IMG/VR virus record: IMGVR_UViG_3300034954_001721
Source of the DNA: a virus
DNA length: 64,000 bases
Reading direction: 5' to 3' (one strand)
The translations under genes were made by a program, and so were the position numbers. How positions within the stretch are numbered: position 1 is the stretch's first letter; every line of letters starts with the position of its first letter. The notes under the pieces were generated by a model, which saw only the letters and a program-made list of their open reading frames with translations, was not told the DNA's origin and searched no databases. Shown piece by piece: positions 48,961-57,795 of the stretch.

Positions 48961-49578
48961 ATGAGAAGTATTGAGCTCTTTCCGGTAACATTATTCCAAA
49001 CACAAGTAGAAAATAATAATCTACTAAAGAGTATCTTGGTTAAAGATATTCTCAATAGTGTTGAGAATCTTGAGATACCTGAGACTTGGATTACCAATAA
49101 AATACTGACTTCTTTTACTGAAAAATCTAGTATTATTCAAGACAATAAATCTCTACTAGAAAAAACTTATCTAGATTCTATCACTGAGATTTTTGATAGA
49201 GAAGTAGAACTAGATATTAAAAATATATGGTATAATGTTTATCTAAATGGTGAATATCAAGAAGAACATGACCATCTAGGTGGGATATTCAATCAAACAC
49301 ATTTTTCTTTTATTCATTTTCTGTGTTATGACGAACGAGATCATAATCCACCAGAATTTAAAGATCCATTATCACAACTTCGTAATCTAAGTCTTGAACT
49401 AGATTCTAACAACTGGGGAGAAATTTACGTTCCAAAGATTCGTGAAGGAGATTTATTGATGTTTCCTTCTTATCTACAACATTCTGTTCCTGCTGGTAAG
49501 AAAACATCCTATCCTAGAATTACACTATCATTTAATATATCGGTAACCAGATATGGAGAAGACACTAGAAGTAATTGA
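48961..49578 (+). CDS. Putative 2OG-Fe(II) oxygenase (TIGR02466-like)
   Basis: WYNVY...QEEHDH, EGDLLMFPSYLQHSV, RITLSFN. Confidence 0.85.
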   Translation: MRSIELFPVTLFQTQVENNNLLKSILVKDILNSVENLEIPETWITNKILTSFTEKSSIIQDNKSLLEKTYLDSITEIFDREVELDIKNIWYNVYLNGEYQEEHDHLGGIFNQTHFSFIHFLCYDERDHNPPEFKDPLSQLRNLSLELDSNNWGEIYVPKIREGDLLMFPSYLQHSVPAGKKTSYPRITLSFNISVTRYGEDTRSN

Positions 49579-50080
49579 TGATTTCTTTATTCCTAATGAT
49601 TACTTGAATGTTGTTAAGTATTGTAGTGGTGCTGATTACTATTGGGGAGAAAGAGATGATAAGAAATTTATTCCAACAGGAATGGTTCATGAGATTTATG
49701 ATTATGAAGATACACCTGTAAAAGAAAGTAATCGGTGGATTTATGATTTATTCTTGGAAAATACAAATCATTTGTGTCCGAACTTAAAATTGTATCGGAT
49801 GTATGTCAACTCATTTGCACCAGGAGAAAATCCATATTTTCACACTGATAGTACAAATAGTGAAGATCTTACATTCTTATACTATGTACCAAGTGCAGAC
49901 TGGGACATCAATGATGGTGGAGAAACTCAATTCTACTATAAGGGTGACATGATTGGTGTGATGCCTGTGCCAAATCGGATGGTTTATTTTGATGCCACCA
50001 TCCTACACAGAGCAACGTCGTTTCGTGACCGATGGAGATGGACTGTAGCAATTAAATTCAGTAAGATGGACGGTTGGTAA
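49553..50080 (+). CDS. 2OG-Fe(II) oxygenase
   Basis: FHTD, GGETQF, PNRMVYFDATILHRA, R.TVA.K. Confidence 0.88.
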   Translation: MEKTLEVIDDFFIPNDYLNVVKYCSGADYYWGERDDKKFIPTGMVHEIYDYEDTPVKESNRWIYDLFLENTNHLCPNLKLYRMYVNSFAPGENPYFHTDSTNSEDLTFLYYVPSADWDINDGGETQFYYKGDMIGVMPVPNRMVYFDATILHRATSFRDRWRWTVAIKFSKMDGW

Positions 50081-50123
50081 ATTGGCACATGGGTCACGTT
50101 GACCCATCACACCATGCTATAAT
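50068..50123 (+). promoter_or_regulatory. Palindromic operator + hairpin + -10 box, copy 1
   Basis: GGACGGTT-GGTA-AATTGGCA; hairpin ATGGGTCA/TGACCCAT; TATAAT 30 nt after the motif. Confidence 0.7.
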
Positions 50124-50146
50124 TACGTCAAGTTCAAAAGGCAACC

Positions 50147-51307
50147 GTGACCATCACCCTTCGCCCCCATCAGCAAAATGCTCTGGAAGCGATGCAAAAG
50201 TACAACAAAGGTCAGGTTATCATCCCTACGGGTGGTGGCAAGACCATTTGTATGATTGAAGATGCAAAGCGTCAGATTGATGCTGATGGTTCTACCACGA
50301 TTGTTGTGGTTGCTCCTCGTATCCTGCTTGCAGAACAACTCTGCAAAGAATTTCTGGAATTGATTGATGATGCTGCCGTTTATCACGTTCACAGTGGTGA
50401 GACTGAACACTTTAGCAGCACAAAACCTGCATTGATTGCAAACTGGCATCGTCAAGCATATCGCAATCAACTTATCTTTACTACCTATCATTCTCTACAT
50501 AAAGTACAGGAGTCTGGTATCAATGTCGATTGTATCTACTTTGACGAAGCACACAATTCTGTGCAACGTAACTTTTTTCCTGCTACTGAGCACTTCAGTA
50601 ACACTGCTGACCGTTGCTACTTTTTTACTGCAACTCCAAAGCACTCTGTTACTATCTTCAAACCTGGGATGAATGATGGTGCGGTGTATGGGCAGGTTAT
50701 CTGCAATGTTCCTGCACCTAAGTTGGTTGAAGAAGGTTACATTCTTCCTCCCAAAGTTGTGATTCAGCAACTTCCTCAAGGTGATTTGAAACAGTCTGAT
50801 GACAAGAATTTGTTGGATACTATTGATGCAAACTCCCTCAATAAGATCCTGATTGCTGCACGTTCTACAAAGCAGATTGTGCGTATGGTATCACAAAGTG
50901 ATTTCTGCCACGAGTTGAAACAACGTGGTTACAACTGGATGTATATCACGTCAAAGACTGGTGCTGTCATCAACGGTGTCAAAGTTTCCCGTGAGGAGTT
51001 CTTCAAGACTCTGAATCAGTGGGGACAGGATGATACTCGTTTCGTAATTATGCACCATTCTATTCTCTCCGAGGGTATCAATGTCAAGGGTCTTGAAGCA
51101 GTTCTGTTTATGCGTAATATGGACTATATTGGTATCAGTCAGTCAATCGGTCGTGTAATCCGCCTTGGAAACTGTCACAAGACGTTTGGACTGGTCTGTG
51201 TGCCAGTGTATGATAAGGTTGGTATCGGCACCGCCAGGTCTGTTCAGGCGGTTGTTGATACTGTGTTCCAACAGGGTGAACCTGCTATTTCAGTTGTACG
51301 CCGATGA
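50147..51307 (+). CDS. SF2 DEAH helicase (type III restriction Res-like)
   Basis: LRPHQ, PTGGGKT, DEAH, TATP, LSEGINV, QSIGRVIR. Confidence 0.9.
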   Translation: MTITLRPHQQNALEAMQKYNKGQVIIPTGGGKTICMIEDAKRQIDADGSTTIVVVAPRILLAEQLCKEFLELIDDAAVYHVHSGETEHFSSTKPALIANWHRQAYRNQLIFTTYHSLHKVQESGINVDCIYFDEAHNSVQRNFFPATEHFSNTADRCYFFTATPKHSVTIFKPGMNDGAVYGQVICNVPAPKLVEEGYILPPKVVIQQLPQGDLKQSDDKNLLDTIDANSLNKILIAARSTKQIVRMVSQSDFCHELKQRGYNWMYITSKTGAVINGVKVSREEFFKTLNQWGQDDTRFVIMHHSILSEGINVKGLEAVLFMRNMDYIGISQSIGRVIRLGNCHKTFGLVCVPVYDKVGIGTARSVQAVVDTVFQQGEPAISVVRR

Positions 51308-51828
51308 TTGACTTCAACACATTTGAATTGGATCGTCTCTCCAAACTGTTAGAGACGCTTCAGGACTACACTGATAATAATCTACGCTTTCCTAAAGCAG
51401 GAGAACTTGTAGAGAAAGCATATGCTGAGTACAGTAATGGACTTCTCACTCGTGTCAATCTTCCTGGTGTTGATTTGATTGGTCCTGGCGGCACAACTTA
51501 TGAGTCAAAGGTCACTCAATTCAAGAACAAATCGCAGATTTCTGTGAGATCTTTGATTCTTAAAAATCGTCGTGCTGCTAAAGACTATGAAGATAAACTT
51601 GCTGATTACTTTATCATTACTGATGTGAAGAGAGGTAAAGCATGTTGCATCCCCTCCTCTGAACTTTATAATTTCAAAGATAATGGTGCGGTGATGACTG
51701 CAAGTGCCGATCCTGAAGTGTCTGACTTCTTTCTAACAGGTTTTAATTTTCTTGAAGGTCGCGAGCAGACACGGGATTACTTTAAGGAATCTGAAGATTT
51801 TGACCTGTCCTTCATCAGATCTCTCTGA
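51304..51828 (+). CDS. Putative PD-(D/E)XK restriction-endonuclease-like protein
   Basis: GELVE...GVDLIGPGGTTYESK catalytic-type spacing; ATGA coupling to the helicase. Confidence 0.5.
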   Translation: MIDFNTFELDRLSKLLETLQDYTDNNLRFPKAGELVEKAYAEYSNGLLTRVNLPGVDLIGPGGTTYESKVTQFKNKSQISVRSLILKNRRAAKDYEDKLADYFIITDVKRGKACCIPSSELYNFKDNGAVMTASADPEVSDFFLTGFNFLEGREQTRDYFKESEDFDLSFIRSL

Positions 51829-51865
51829 TCTCTGCTATAATTAAAACACCGAAAGGAAACCAACC

Positions 51866-52006
51866 ATGAAGTGCAAAGTCCAACTATTCAAAGCAGGCAC
51901 CTTGTTTGAAGAGGTTGTCATTGCTCGCGACTATCAGGATGCTAAAAATGTTGCCACTGCCCGTAATCCTGGTGCTCAAATTGTAAGCGTCACCGCTGTA
52001 TTTTGA
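51866..52006 (+). CDS. Small conserved cyanophage protein (46 aa, absent from ORF track)
   Basis: MKCKVQLFKAGTLFEEVVIARDYQDAKNVATARNPGAQIVSVTAVF*; TATAAT at 51836 and AAAGGA RBS. Confidence 0.75.
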   Translation: MKCKVQLFKAGTLFEEVVIARDYQDAKNVATARNPGAQIVSVTAVF

Positions 52007-52233
52007 TGGGATTTCTTAAACCTTTTATTCCATTTCCTACTATTCTTGATCCTAAACCCAAACATCCACTAGGTTATGTAACTAATGATGGACTCTGGGC
52101 TGCAATTCCTTGTGGAAAGAAGTTCGTCATTATACATAATGGCAGTCAAGTAGTAACTCTTAACACTTACAAACAATCCGTTGATTTTATCAACAACCAA
52201 AGGAAAACCATTAAAAAGAAGTCAAAAAAATGA
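52006..52233 (+). CDS. Hypothetical protein
   Basis: TGATG-coupled ORF; GYVTNDGLWAAIP. Confidence 0.7.
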   Translation: MGFLKPFIPFPTILDPKPKHPLGYVTNDGLWAAIPCGKKFVIIHNGSQVVTLNTYKQSVDFINNQRKTIKKKSKK

Positions 52234-52409
52234 CCGATAAACACGAAAAACGACGCGATGCACTTGGTCTCTTTTATGAGAGTGTTCTCAAACCAGATCA
52301 TCAACTTCGTCAATGTGCTCACAATCAAGAGTGTTTTAATGAGTTGATGGAATGGAGAGATGAAATTGTCAGATATTTGGATGAAAGAAGGAATCGGGAG
52401 TTTCACTAA
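52230..52409 (+). CDS. Hypothetical protein (59 aa, absent from ORF track)
   Basis: MTDKHEKRRDALGLFYESVLKPDHQLRQCAHNQECFNELMEWRDEIVRYLDERRNREFH*, coupled at both ends. Confidence 0.75.
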   Translation: MTDKHEKRRDALGLFYESVLKPDHQLRQCAHNQECFNELMEWRDEIVRYLDERRNREFH

Positions 52410-52654
52410 TGGATTCTCCTCACATAGTCCTATTTGGGACATTTGCGGTAGTAGCATACTTCATTCTAACAGATGAAAATGTTGCTGCCGCTTTCGTGTA
52501 TGTACTGAAGTTAGTATCTACTAACATTAGACGCCACTGGTGGTGGTTATTGAATAATCCTAAGAATCCTGTGGTAAAATACTTTATATACCGTCATTCT
52601 ATGCACTTGGCAAAAGAATTGGTGGAAGAAATAAATAAAGACAAAGAAACATAA
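52409..52654 (+). CDS. Hypothetical membrane protein
   Basis: Hydrophobic N-terminus; coupled ORF. Confidence 0.7.
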   Translation: MDSPHIVLFGTFAVVAYFILTDENVAAAFVYVLKLVSTNIRRHWWWLLNNPKNPVVKYFIYRHSMHLAKELVEEINKDKET

Positions 52655-52658
52655 ACAT

Positions 52659-52976
52659 ATGTTATCTACGCAATATCGTCTTCGGTTAGAGTTCATTTGC
52701 AAATGTATTGCTAACGGAGAAGAGGTAAAACTTGATGATATGATTTGGGCAGAAAAATTGTCTAAGGCAAATACTTCTGCTCGTGAAATGCTTAGAAAGG
52801 CACGTCGTGCCGCTGCTAATCCTGATATTCAGGAGGGAAGTATGGATGATTTTATGAATAAGATGGGATTAGGAGACCCCGACCCATCCAATCACAGAAC
52901 GGGGTTTGATGGTGCTGATGAAATCGTTGATTGGTTTCAACGTGATAAACCTGATGATTGGAGGCAACGTGACTGA
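52659..52976 (+). CDS. Conserved cyanophage hypothetical protein
   Basis: MLSTQYRLRLEFICKCIANGEEV...DDWRQRD; ATAAATA at 52631. Confidence 0.8.
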   Translation: MLSTQYRLRLEFICKCIANGEEVKLDDMIWAEKLSKANTSAREMLRKARRAAANPDIQEGSMDDFMNKMGLGDPDPSNHRTGFDGADEIVDWFQRDKPDDWRQRD

Positions 52977-53109
52977 AAAGCAAATTCCTTGGAGCAAATT
53001 ACATGAAATAGCAGACGCATTAGGTGGTAAATTAGTTCACATCACCTGTGTAGATCATACTGGTAAAGACTACAAAAGAATCGTCATCGAATACGAGGAG
53101 AAAAAGTAA
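52969..53109 (+). CDS. Hypothetical protein
   Basis: GTG start 52969 preferred; KRIVIEY C-terminus. Confidence 0.6.
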   Translation: MTEKQIPWSKLHEIADALGGKLVHITCVDHTGKDYKRIVIEYEEKK

Positions 53110-53342
53110 TGGATGCAGTAATTTATTCTAACGGCAACCAAGAGTGTGAACGCGCTAAGGTTCTTTTAGAAAAACTAAATTTTCAGATTCATGTGTATAA
53201 ATTAAATCAGCACTTTTCTGAAAGAGGTTTTGTTGAGGAGTTTGGTAAAGAAGCAGAATATCCACAAGTGAATGTTGGTTTTAGACACATTGGTGGATTG
53301 AAAGAAACATTGAACTATTTTAAGAACAATAATATATTATGA
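53109..53342 (+). CDS. Glutaredoxin-like protein (single Cys)
   Basis: QECERAK..L, YPQV, HIGGLKE glutaredoxin-fold motifs. Confidence 0.8.
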   Translation: MDAVIYSNGNQECERAKVLLEKLNFQIHVYKLNQHFSERGFVEEFGKEAEYPQVNVGFRHIGGLKETLNYFKNNNIL

Positions 53343-53548
53343 AATCCGTAATCCTTATTGGTTGCTTCACTCCGTTGGCATTGATTTGGATTTTTATGAA
53401 ACTTTCATTATGGATTTCAGCTGTCAACGACGAAAAGAATTATGTCAGAGCAGAATCCAAAAAACCACACGGACCATATGTGGAAAACCCATATGCAGAC
53501 GTTGATGAGGAGGAAGAAGAATTTACAAGTCGCACAGATTATCGATGA
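53339..53548 (+). CDS. Hypothetical membrane protein
   Basis: Hydrophobic N-terminus, acidic C-terminus. Confidence 0.6.
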   Translation: MKSVILIGCFTPLALIWIFMKLSLWISAVNDEKNYVRAESKKPHGPYVENPYADVDEEEEEFTSRTDYR

Positions 53549-53672
53549 TGCACTTTATCAGTATTATGTGATAGAACGCGGTGAAAAGGTTCCTAACTGG
53601 AGATACATAAAAGATGCTGATTGGTGGTTAGAATATCTTGATTCTTTGGGCATTGACAAACGTAATCCATAG
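53442..53672 (+). CDS. Hypothetical protein (true start probably downstream)
   Basis: AQIIDDALYQYY...VPNWRY.KD.DWW.EYL; fills the gap before the next promoter. Confidence 0.55.
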   Translation: MSEQNPKNHTDHMWKTHMQTLMRRKKNLQVAQIIDDALYQYYVIERGEKVPNWRYIKDADWWLEYLDSLGIDKRNP

Positions 53673-53681
53673 TGCTATAAT
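53653..53681 (+). promoter_or_regulatory. Sigma70-type promoter
   Basis: TTGACA-17 nt-TATAAT with extended TG. Confidence 0.85.
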
Positions 53682-53703
53682 ACCATCATAATAGACCTAC
53701 ATC

Positions 53704-53901
53704 ATGGACTACAAACCCTATTCACCAGAGTGGCATCGGAAAAGATACCTGAAAGAGGCGTTAGATAATTATTTTGATGATTGTGTTGAAAACGAAGTTA
53801 TCTATGGTGATATGATGGACATTCTTTCTGCAAGAATGTCTACTGCTGTAAATGAGGTAAATAAAGTATTGGACCTTAAGGATAAATTTAAGCTCTCTTA
53901 A
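53704..53901 (+). CDS. Hypothetical protein
   Basis: MDYKPYSPEWHRKRYLKEALD; directly after the promoter. Confidence 0.75.
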   Translation: MDYKPYSPEWHRKRYLKEALDNYFDDCVENEVIYGDMMDILSARMSTAVNEVNKVLDLKDKFKLS

Positions 53902-54173
53902 TGAATTTTATTCTAAGTATTCTCTTTGCCGTTACTTTGTGGGTGCAAGTTCCACAATGGGATGATGATTGGACTAACTGTGCCGTTGATGTCCCTGATA
54001 CATCTTGTCATTGGTATATCGTTAATGCAGACAACACCTTTGGTGAAGGATTTGACTGGGAAACAGCACCATGGTATTCTATAGAAGGTCTTCAAGATAT
54101 TGCAAATTTACATGACAATGTTATTGAATCTGGGCATCAATACACGATGAAAGCACTTCAAGATAGTGAATGA
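53901..54173 (+). CDS. Hypothetical protein with signal-peptide-like N-terminus
   Basis: MNFILSILFAVTLWVQVPQW...C...CHWY. Confidence 0.7.
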   Translation: MNFILSILFAVTLWVQVPQWDDDWTNCAVDVPDTSCHWYIVNADNTFGEGFDWETAPWYSIEGLQDIANLHDNVIESGHQYTMKALQDSE

Positions 54174-54727
54174 AAAAATTATTTGACACCCAGTTTTACA
54201 TTCATTTTAGAGCACCAAATGCTGATGAACTAATTTCTTTTCTTGATGAGAATAATGAAATCGACAATGATGTGTTTAAGTGGGGAAAAAATTGCATTGT
54301 TGATAGAATCCCATTAAGTTCAACTCCAGATGTAGTTGAACTTCTGACACCATCAATGATTAAACTTGCAAATGAGTTAAATCACAAAGGTAGTTTCTTT
54401 CTATTTGATCCGTGGATTAACGTCTATAATGAATACTCACATCAGGAAGTGCATGAACATGTTAGGAGTGATATGTCTGCCGTATTCTTTATGAATCATG
54501 GAGAAAATTTCTCTCAATTTTACTTTAGAGATAGATTTAGTTGTTTTTTAAGTTCAAATGTGAGAAAGGTGCTTAATTACAATGATACTCAGGTACTTAC
54601 TGACATTAGTGCTGGTGATATGATATTCTTCCCCAGTAACTTCTATCATGGTGTAAATCCCCATAAAAGTAAAGAGGTAAGAAAAACTTTATCATTCAAC
54701 TTTAATTTTGAATTTAATGACTCCTAA
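54170..54727 (+). CDS. Putative 2OG-Fe(II) oxygenase (TIGR02466-like)
   Basis: WINVY...QEVHEH, GDMIFFPSNFYHGV, RKTLSFN. Confidence 0.85.
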   Translation: MKKLFDTQFYIHFRAPNADELISFLDENNEIDNDVFKWGKNCIVDRIPLSSTPDVVELLTPSMIKLANELNHKGSFFLFDPWINVYNEYSHQEVHEHVRSDMSAVFFMNHGENFSQFYFRDRFSCFLSSNVRKVLNYNDTQVLTDISAGDMIFFPSNFYHGVNPHKSKEVRKTLSFNFNFEFNDS

Positions 54728-54932
54728 ACTAATTACTCCAGACGACCCTCAGTATTTTACACAATCGTCTGATGAAATCTATGATAGGCATAATTATAAG
54801 ATTGTGTCTAAATCTGGTGAATCTATTGTGATTGATAACTGGGAAACAGTTCAAATGACATGGTTTCAAAGAAGTGCATTTCTCTCACACATTGAAGTGC
54901 TAGATAAAAAGGAGACTAAAGGATTCAAATGA
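54717..54932 (+). CDS. Hypothetical protein
   Basis: YDRHNYKIV...W...IEVLD..KGF. Confidence 0.7.
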   Translation: MTPKLITPDDPQYFTQSSDEIYDRHNYKIVSKSGESIVIDNWETVQMTWFQRSAFLSHIEVLDKKETKGFK

Positions 54933-55399
54933 GTGTTCAGTTTCGTAAGCATCGGGTGTTTCGTGAGACTCCCGATGTTGTGTTCTATGACATTAGTGTA
55001 GATGATTCAAACGCATCTGATCTTGTGGTACATGAAGGACCAGCAGTATCACCACCAGATGATGTCATCGGTGCAAAACAGTTCTATATCCACCATCATC
55101 AAGTGGACCATAATCGTGTCCTCTCAGGTGAAAGAACTTTTGAACTTGTGAACTTTGATTGGAAGTTTCCCTACCATATTGTTCACATGAACCGTAAGAG
55201 TGGAGCACTGGTAGTTCCTATCGGAACATATCATCGTAGCATCTCAGGTGCCGATGGTTCTATTGTAATCAATCAAGCAGTTAGAGATGATGAATTTGAT
55301 CCAGACACAGAGTTTATCCCTGTAAGTGCTGGAAACAATCCCGAACTTTATCGGGTACTTGTCCACGAACAACCTGTAATTCATGACATTGGAGAGTAA
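54929..55399 (+). CDS. Cupin-fold protein
   Basis: FRETPDVVFYD, QFYIHHHQVDHNRV..G.R.F, LVVPIGTYHRS. Confidence 0.7.
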   Translation: MSVQFRKHRVFRETPDVVFYDISVDDSNASDLVVHEGPAVSPPDDVIGAKQFYIHHHQVDHNRVLSGERTFELVNFDWKFPYHIVHMNRKSGALVVPIGTYHRSISGADGSIVINQAVRDDEFDPDTEFIPVSAGNNPELYRVLVHEQPVIHDIGE

Positions 55400-55791
55400 T
55401 GCCGACAAAAAAGACCTCTACGAAGGCATCTGGGACAAATACTACAACTCCGAAAGCGAAGGCAAAGAGTTCAAAGACTACTTCTACGCGCCAGAAGAAT
55501 ACGGCACCTGGCAAACCCAAGGCAAAAACAACAACCAAAGCGAAGAAACCTTCATCAACACCTGTGAAGAAACCTTCGGTAAGAAAAACTGCCACGAAGA
55601 AACCTACATTCAAGAGGAAGGAACTTCCGATTGGTGAGTTGCACCCATTTTCAGCATTTCCTTTTAGATTAGAGTATCAAGATGGAAAAGACAAACGAGT
55701 CTGTCACTTCGAGTGTGAACAACACAGAGATAAACACATCGCCAGATATAAACTTAGAAGAGGAAGTTACGCCATCGACAACCTTACCTAA
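55399..55791 (+). CDS. Hypothetical protein with Lys/Thr-rich histone-H1-like N-terminus
   Basis: KKTSTKAS...KPKAKTTTKAKKP; C-domain FPFRLEY...CHFECEQH. Confidence 0.7.
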   Translation: MPTKKTSTKASGTNTTTPKAKAKSSKTTSTRQKNTAPGKPKAKTTTKAKKPSSTPVKKPSVRKTATKKPTFKRKELPIGELHPFSAFPFRLEYQDGKDKRVCHFECEQHRDKHIARYKLRRGSYAIDNLT

Positions 55792-55924
55792 AGATCCTAT
55801 CATCCCATCTCTTATGTTTCTTGGGGTGATACTTGCCACATTGAGTGTTATTGTGCTAGGATACTTCAAAGGTAACATGCACTTGCTTACCACACTTAAA
55901 AACGCTAGGGAGTTTTATTCATGA
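55682..55924 (+). CDS. Hypothetical membrane protein
   Basis: One transmembrane segment, then GYFKGNMHL; start uncertain. Confidence 0.6.
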   Translation: MEKTNESVTSSVNNTEINTSPDINLEEEVTPSTTLPKDPIIPSLMFLGVILATLSVIVLGYFKGNMHLLTTLKNAREFYS

Positions 55925-56091
55925 CTACCAGACAATTTGTATCCAATAAAGGTGATACTTGGGAGTGGGAAGAAACGCCAGAAGTTACTGCTGCTGTGGC
56001 ACAACTTCAAAAGACAATTAAACAAACCGAACGACAAATTGCAAACCTTAATCTGAAGCGACCTCATGAAAGACAAACCAATAACAGTTGA
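55921..56091 (+). CDS. Hypothetical protein (56 aa, absent from ORF track)
   Basis: MTTRQFVSNKGDTWEWEETPEV...; ATGA coupling. Confidence 0.65.
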   Translation: MTTRQFVSNKGDTWEWEETPEVTAAVAQLQKTIKQTERQIANLNLKRPHERQTNNS

Positions 56092-56371
56092 AGACTACGA
56101 AAAGTATGGTAAAGAGTTCTTTGACAAATACTTTTGGATTGCTAAAGAACTTGGTGACAATGCTAGAGCAGAAGACATTCTAAAAATTATGGAAAGTCTT
56201 GGTAGCGTTGTTATAAAAAAACGCTCTGAAGAAGAGGGTAAAATTGGACCTTTCGGATTCATTCGTGAATTGAATGATGATGGAGCACCTGTAATTGATT
56301 CTCCTGATGATGCGCCAGCGGGAACAGTTGCAATTAAAACTAACAGACAATGGGCTGCATATGAACTCTGA
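56066..56371 (+). CDS. Hypothetical protein
   Basis: FFDKYF.IAKELG..A.AEDILKIMESL...GPFGF. Confidence 0.7.
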   Translation: MKDKPITVEDYEKYGKEFFDKYFWIAKELGDNARAEDILKIMESLGSVVIKKRSEEEGKIGPFGFIRELNDDGAPVIDSPDDAPAGTVAIKTNRQWAAYEL

Positions 56372-56654
56372 GGCACAACGAAAACCACGATTGGAAGATT
56401 CTCTTGGTGGTACTATTGAGAAGGATATTCCTGATGATGTAGAATGGATTGATGATGCGTTTTACATCAAAAAAACACGTTTTGGATTACATACCAGTAT
56501 CTTAAAAAATCCATTGGGAGCACATTTTATTACTGCTCAAGAATATGAAGGATGTTTAATTATTTCACGTTGGCATCTGAAATGTTTGCAAGATGGCACA
56601 CTTCAAGATTATACTCGTGTTATCAATGATGGCGTCGTTAGTGGTAAGTTGTGA
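56361..56654 (+). CDS. Hypothetical protein
   Basis: WIDDAFYIKKTRFGL...VVSGKL; ATG 56361 preferred. Confidence 0.7.
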   Translation: MNSEAQRKPRLEDSLGGTIEKDIPDDVEWIDDAFYIKKTRFGLHTSILKNPLGAHFITAQEYEGCLIISRWHLKCLQDGTLQDYTRVINDGVVSGKL

Positions 56655-56920
56655 TTCGTAAGTTTCATATTTGGTTATGGGGTGTTGTGATGGAAATTGA
56701 GTATGCGTTGTATCCCTGGAAAACATCAACACCCCCATCCTGGGCAATAGAGAGATATAATCTTCCTGATCATTTTGATGATGAGTTAGATGAAATCATT
56801 TACAAGCAGTGGATTAAAGCACATGACGAAAAAATCAGTCGTTTGCAAACCGAGATGATTACTATTCAACGTGAGATATATAAACTTCGGGGTGAATTAG
56901 AACAATGTACGAAGAACTAA
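56651..56920 (+). CDS. Hypothetical protein
   Basis: GTGA-coupled ORF with coiled-coil C-terminus. Confidence 0.65.
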   Translation: MIRKFHIWLWGVVMEIEYALYPWKTSTPPSWAIERYNLPDHFDDELDEIIYKQWIKAHDEKISRLQTEMITIQREIYKLRGELEQCTKN

Positions 56921-57087
56921 ATTGTTTTGAAGAGGCACTGAAACACTTTGGCACTCGTGTTGAAGTTATCTGTGCTTTGGAGTTTTCAAACAGATTATCA
57001 TCTGAAGATGCTTATCGGATGATTAAAGAGGAACTTAAAGAAGTTAAAAAATGTCGTAAACAGTTTAAGAAAGATGGATGTAGATGA
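56905..57087 (+). CDS. Hypothetical protein
   Basis: MYEELNCFEEALKHFGTRVEVICALE...EDAY..IK. Confidence 0.7.
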   Translation: MYEELNCFEEALKHFGTRVEVICALEFSNRLSSEDAYRMIKEELKEVKKCRKQFKKDGCR

Positions 57088-57250
57088 TGGTTTGAAAATT
57101 ACTCAAAATGAAGATAAAACTTTCACTCTTGAATGGGATAAAGAAAATCCTAAATGGAGTTTCTTGAATAATTTGACAAGTAAAGAAATTACTGCTATTA
57201 TTGAAGAAGCAGTCCGAATGGATGTAAATGGACCTCTATCAGAAGGTTGA
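57074..57250 (+). CDS. Hypothetical protein (58 aa, absent from ORF track)
   Basis: MDVDDGLKITQNEDKTFTLEWDKENPKWSFLN...; contains a TTGACA-17 nt-TATTAT promoter at 57173-57201. Confidence 0.65.
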   Translation: MDVDDGLKITQNEDKTFTLEWDKENPKWSFLNNLTSKEITAIIEEAVRMDVNGPLSEG

Positions 57251-57479
57251 AAAAGTAATTAAAGAGCATATTGAAGAACATCAATTAGAAGTTCGTAAAG
57301 GTAAAAAACTTCTAAGTAAACTTGATATTGTTCGTTGCAATGCACCAACAGAAGATTATTCTTTTGACCTTACAGCAACTGGCGAAAAATTGCAACATTC
57401 ATCATATTACTATGATTATGATCGTAATGACCTAACTAGAACAAATCCTTTTGAAATCCCAGATTATACAGAACTTTAA
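57228..57479 (+). CDS. Hypothetical protein
   Basis: ORF after the 57173 promoter; YYYDYDRND. Confidence 0.65.
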   Translation: MDLYQKVEKVIKEHIEEHQLEVRKGKKLLSKLDIVRCNAPTEDYSFDLTATGEKLQHSSYYYDYDRNDLTRTNPFEIPDYTEL

Positions 57480-57706
57480 TGGCACTATCTAAGCAAACTC
57501 TAGATTATCTTTTAGAAGCAGAATCACATATGAGAGCAGCAATTAAATCTGCTGCTGTTAATGAGAAACCTTTAGTTGTTAAGCAACTTGCACAACTTTT
57601 ATTAGATATGGAGCAGTGTAAAAAGTTTGATGAAATTATGGATATGCTCGAAGATCGTGAAGATGGAAGTAGTGGAAAGTTTGGTCCATTTTTTACTGGT
57701 GATTGA
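57479..57706 (+). CDS. Hypothetical protein
   Basis: MALSKQTLDYLLEAESHMRAA...NEKP. Confidence 0.7.
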   Translation: MALSKQTLDYLLEAESHMRAAIKSAAVNEKPLVVKQLAQLLLDMEQCKKFDEIMDMLEDREDGSSGKFGPFFTGD

Positions 57707-57795
57707 GAATTGTAACGCAATCCCAAAGAAAATCTTAAGTTGCTAACTAATTTTACGCGGTAACGCTAAAATACATTAGTACAGGACAAGAACTC

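Noticed and set aside
50099-50123. TTGACC as the -35 of the helicase promoter
   Set aside because: Only 13 nt from TATAAT; it is one arm of the hairpin
51791-51841. Eighth copy of the palindromic operator (ACCTGTCC before TATAAT)
   Set aside because: Left half-site is absent and the gap to the -10 box is 25 nt rather than 30-32
57760-57774. NtcA box upstream of 57796
   Set aside because: Spacing is GTA-N9-TAC, not N8
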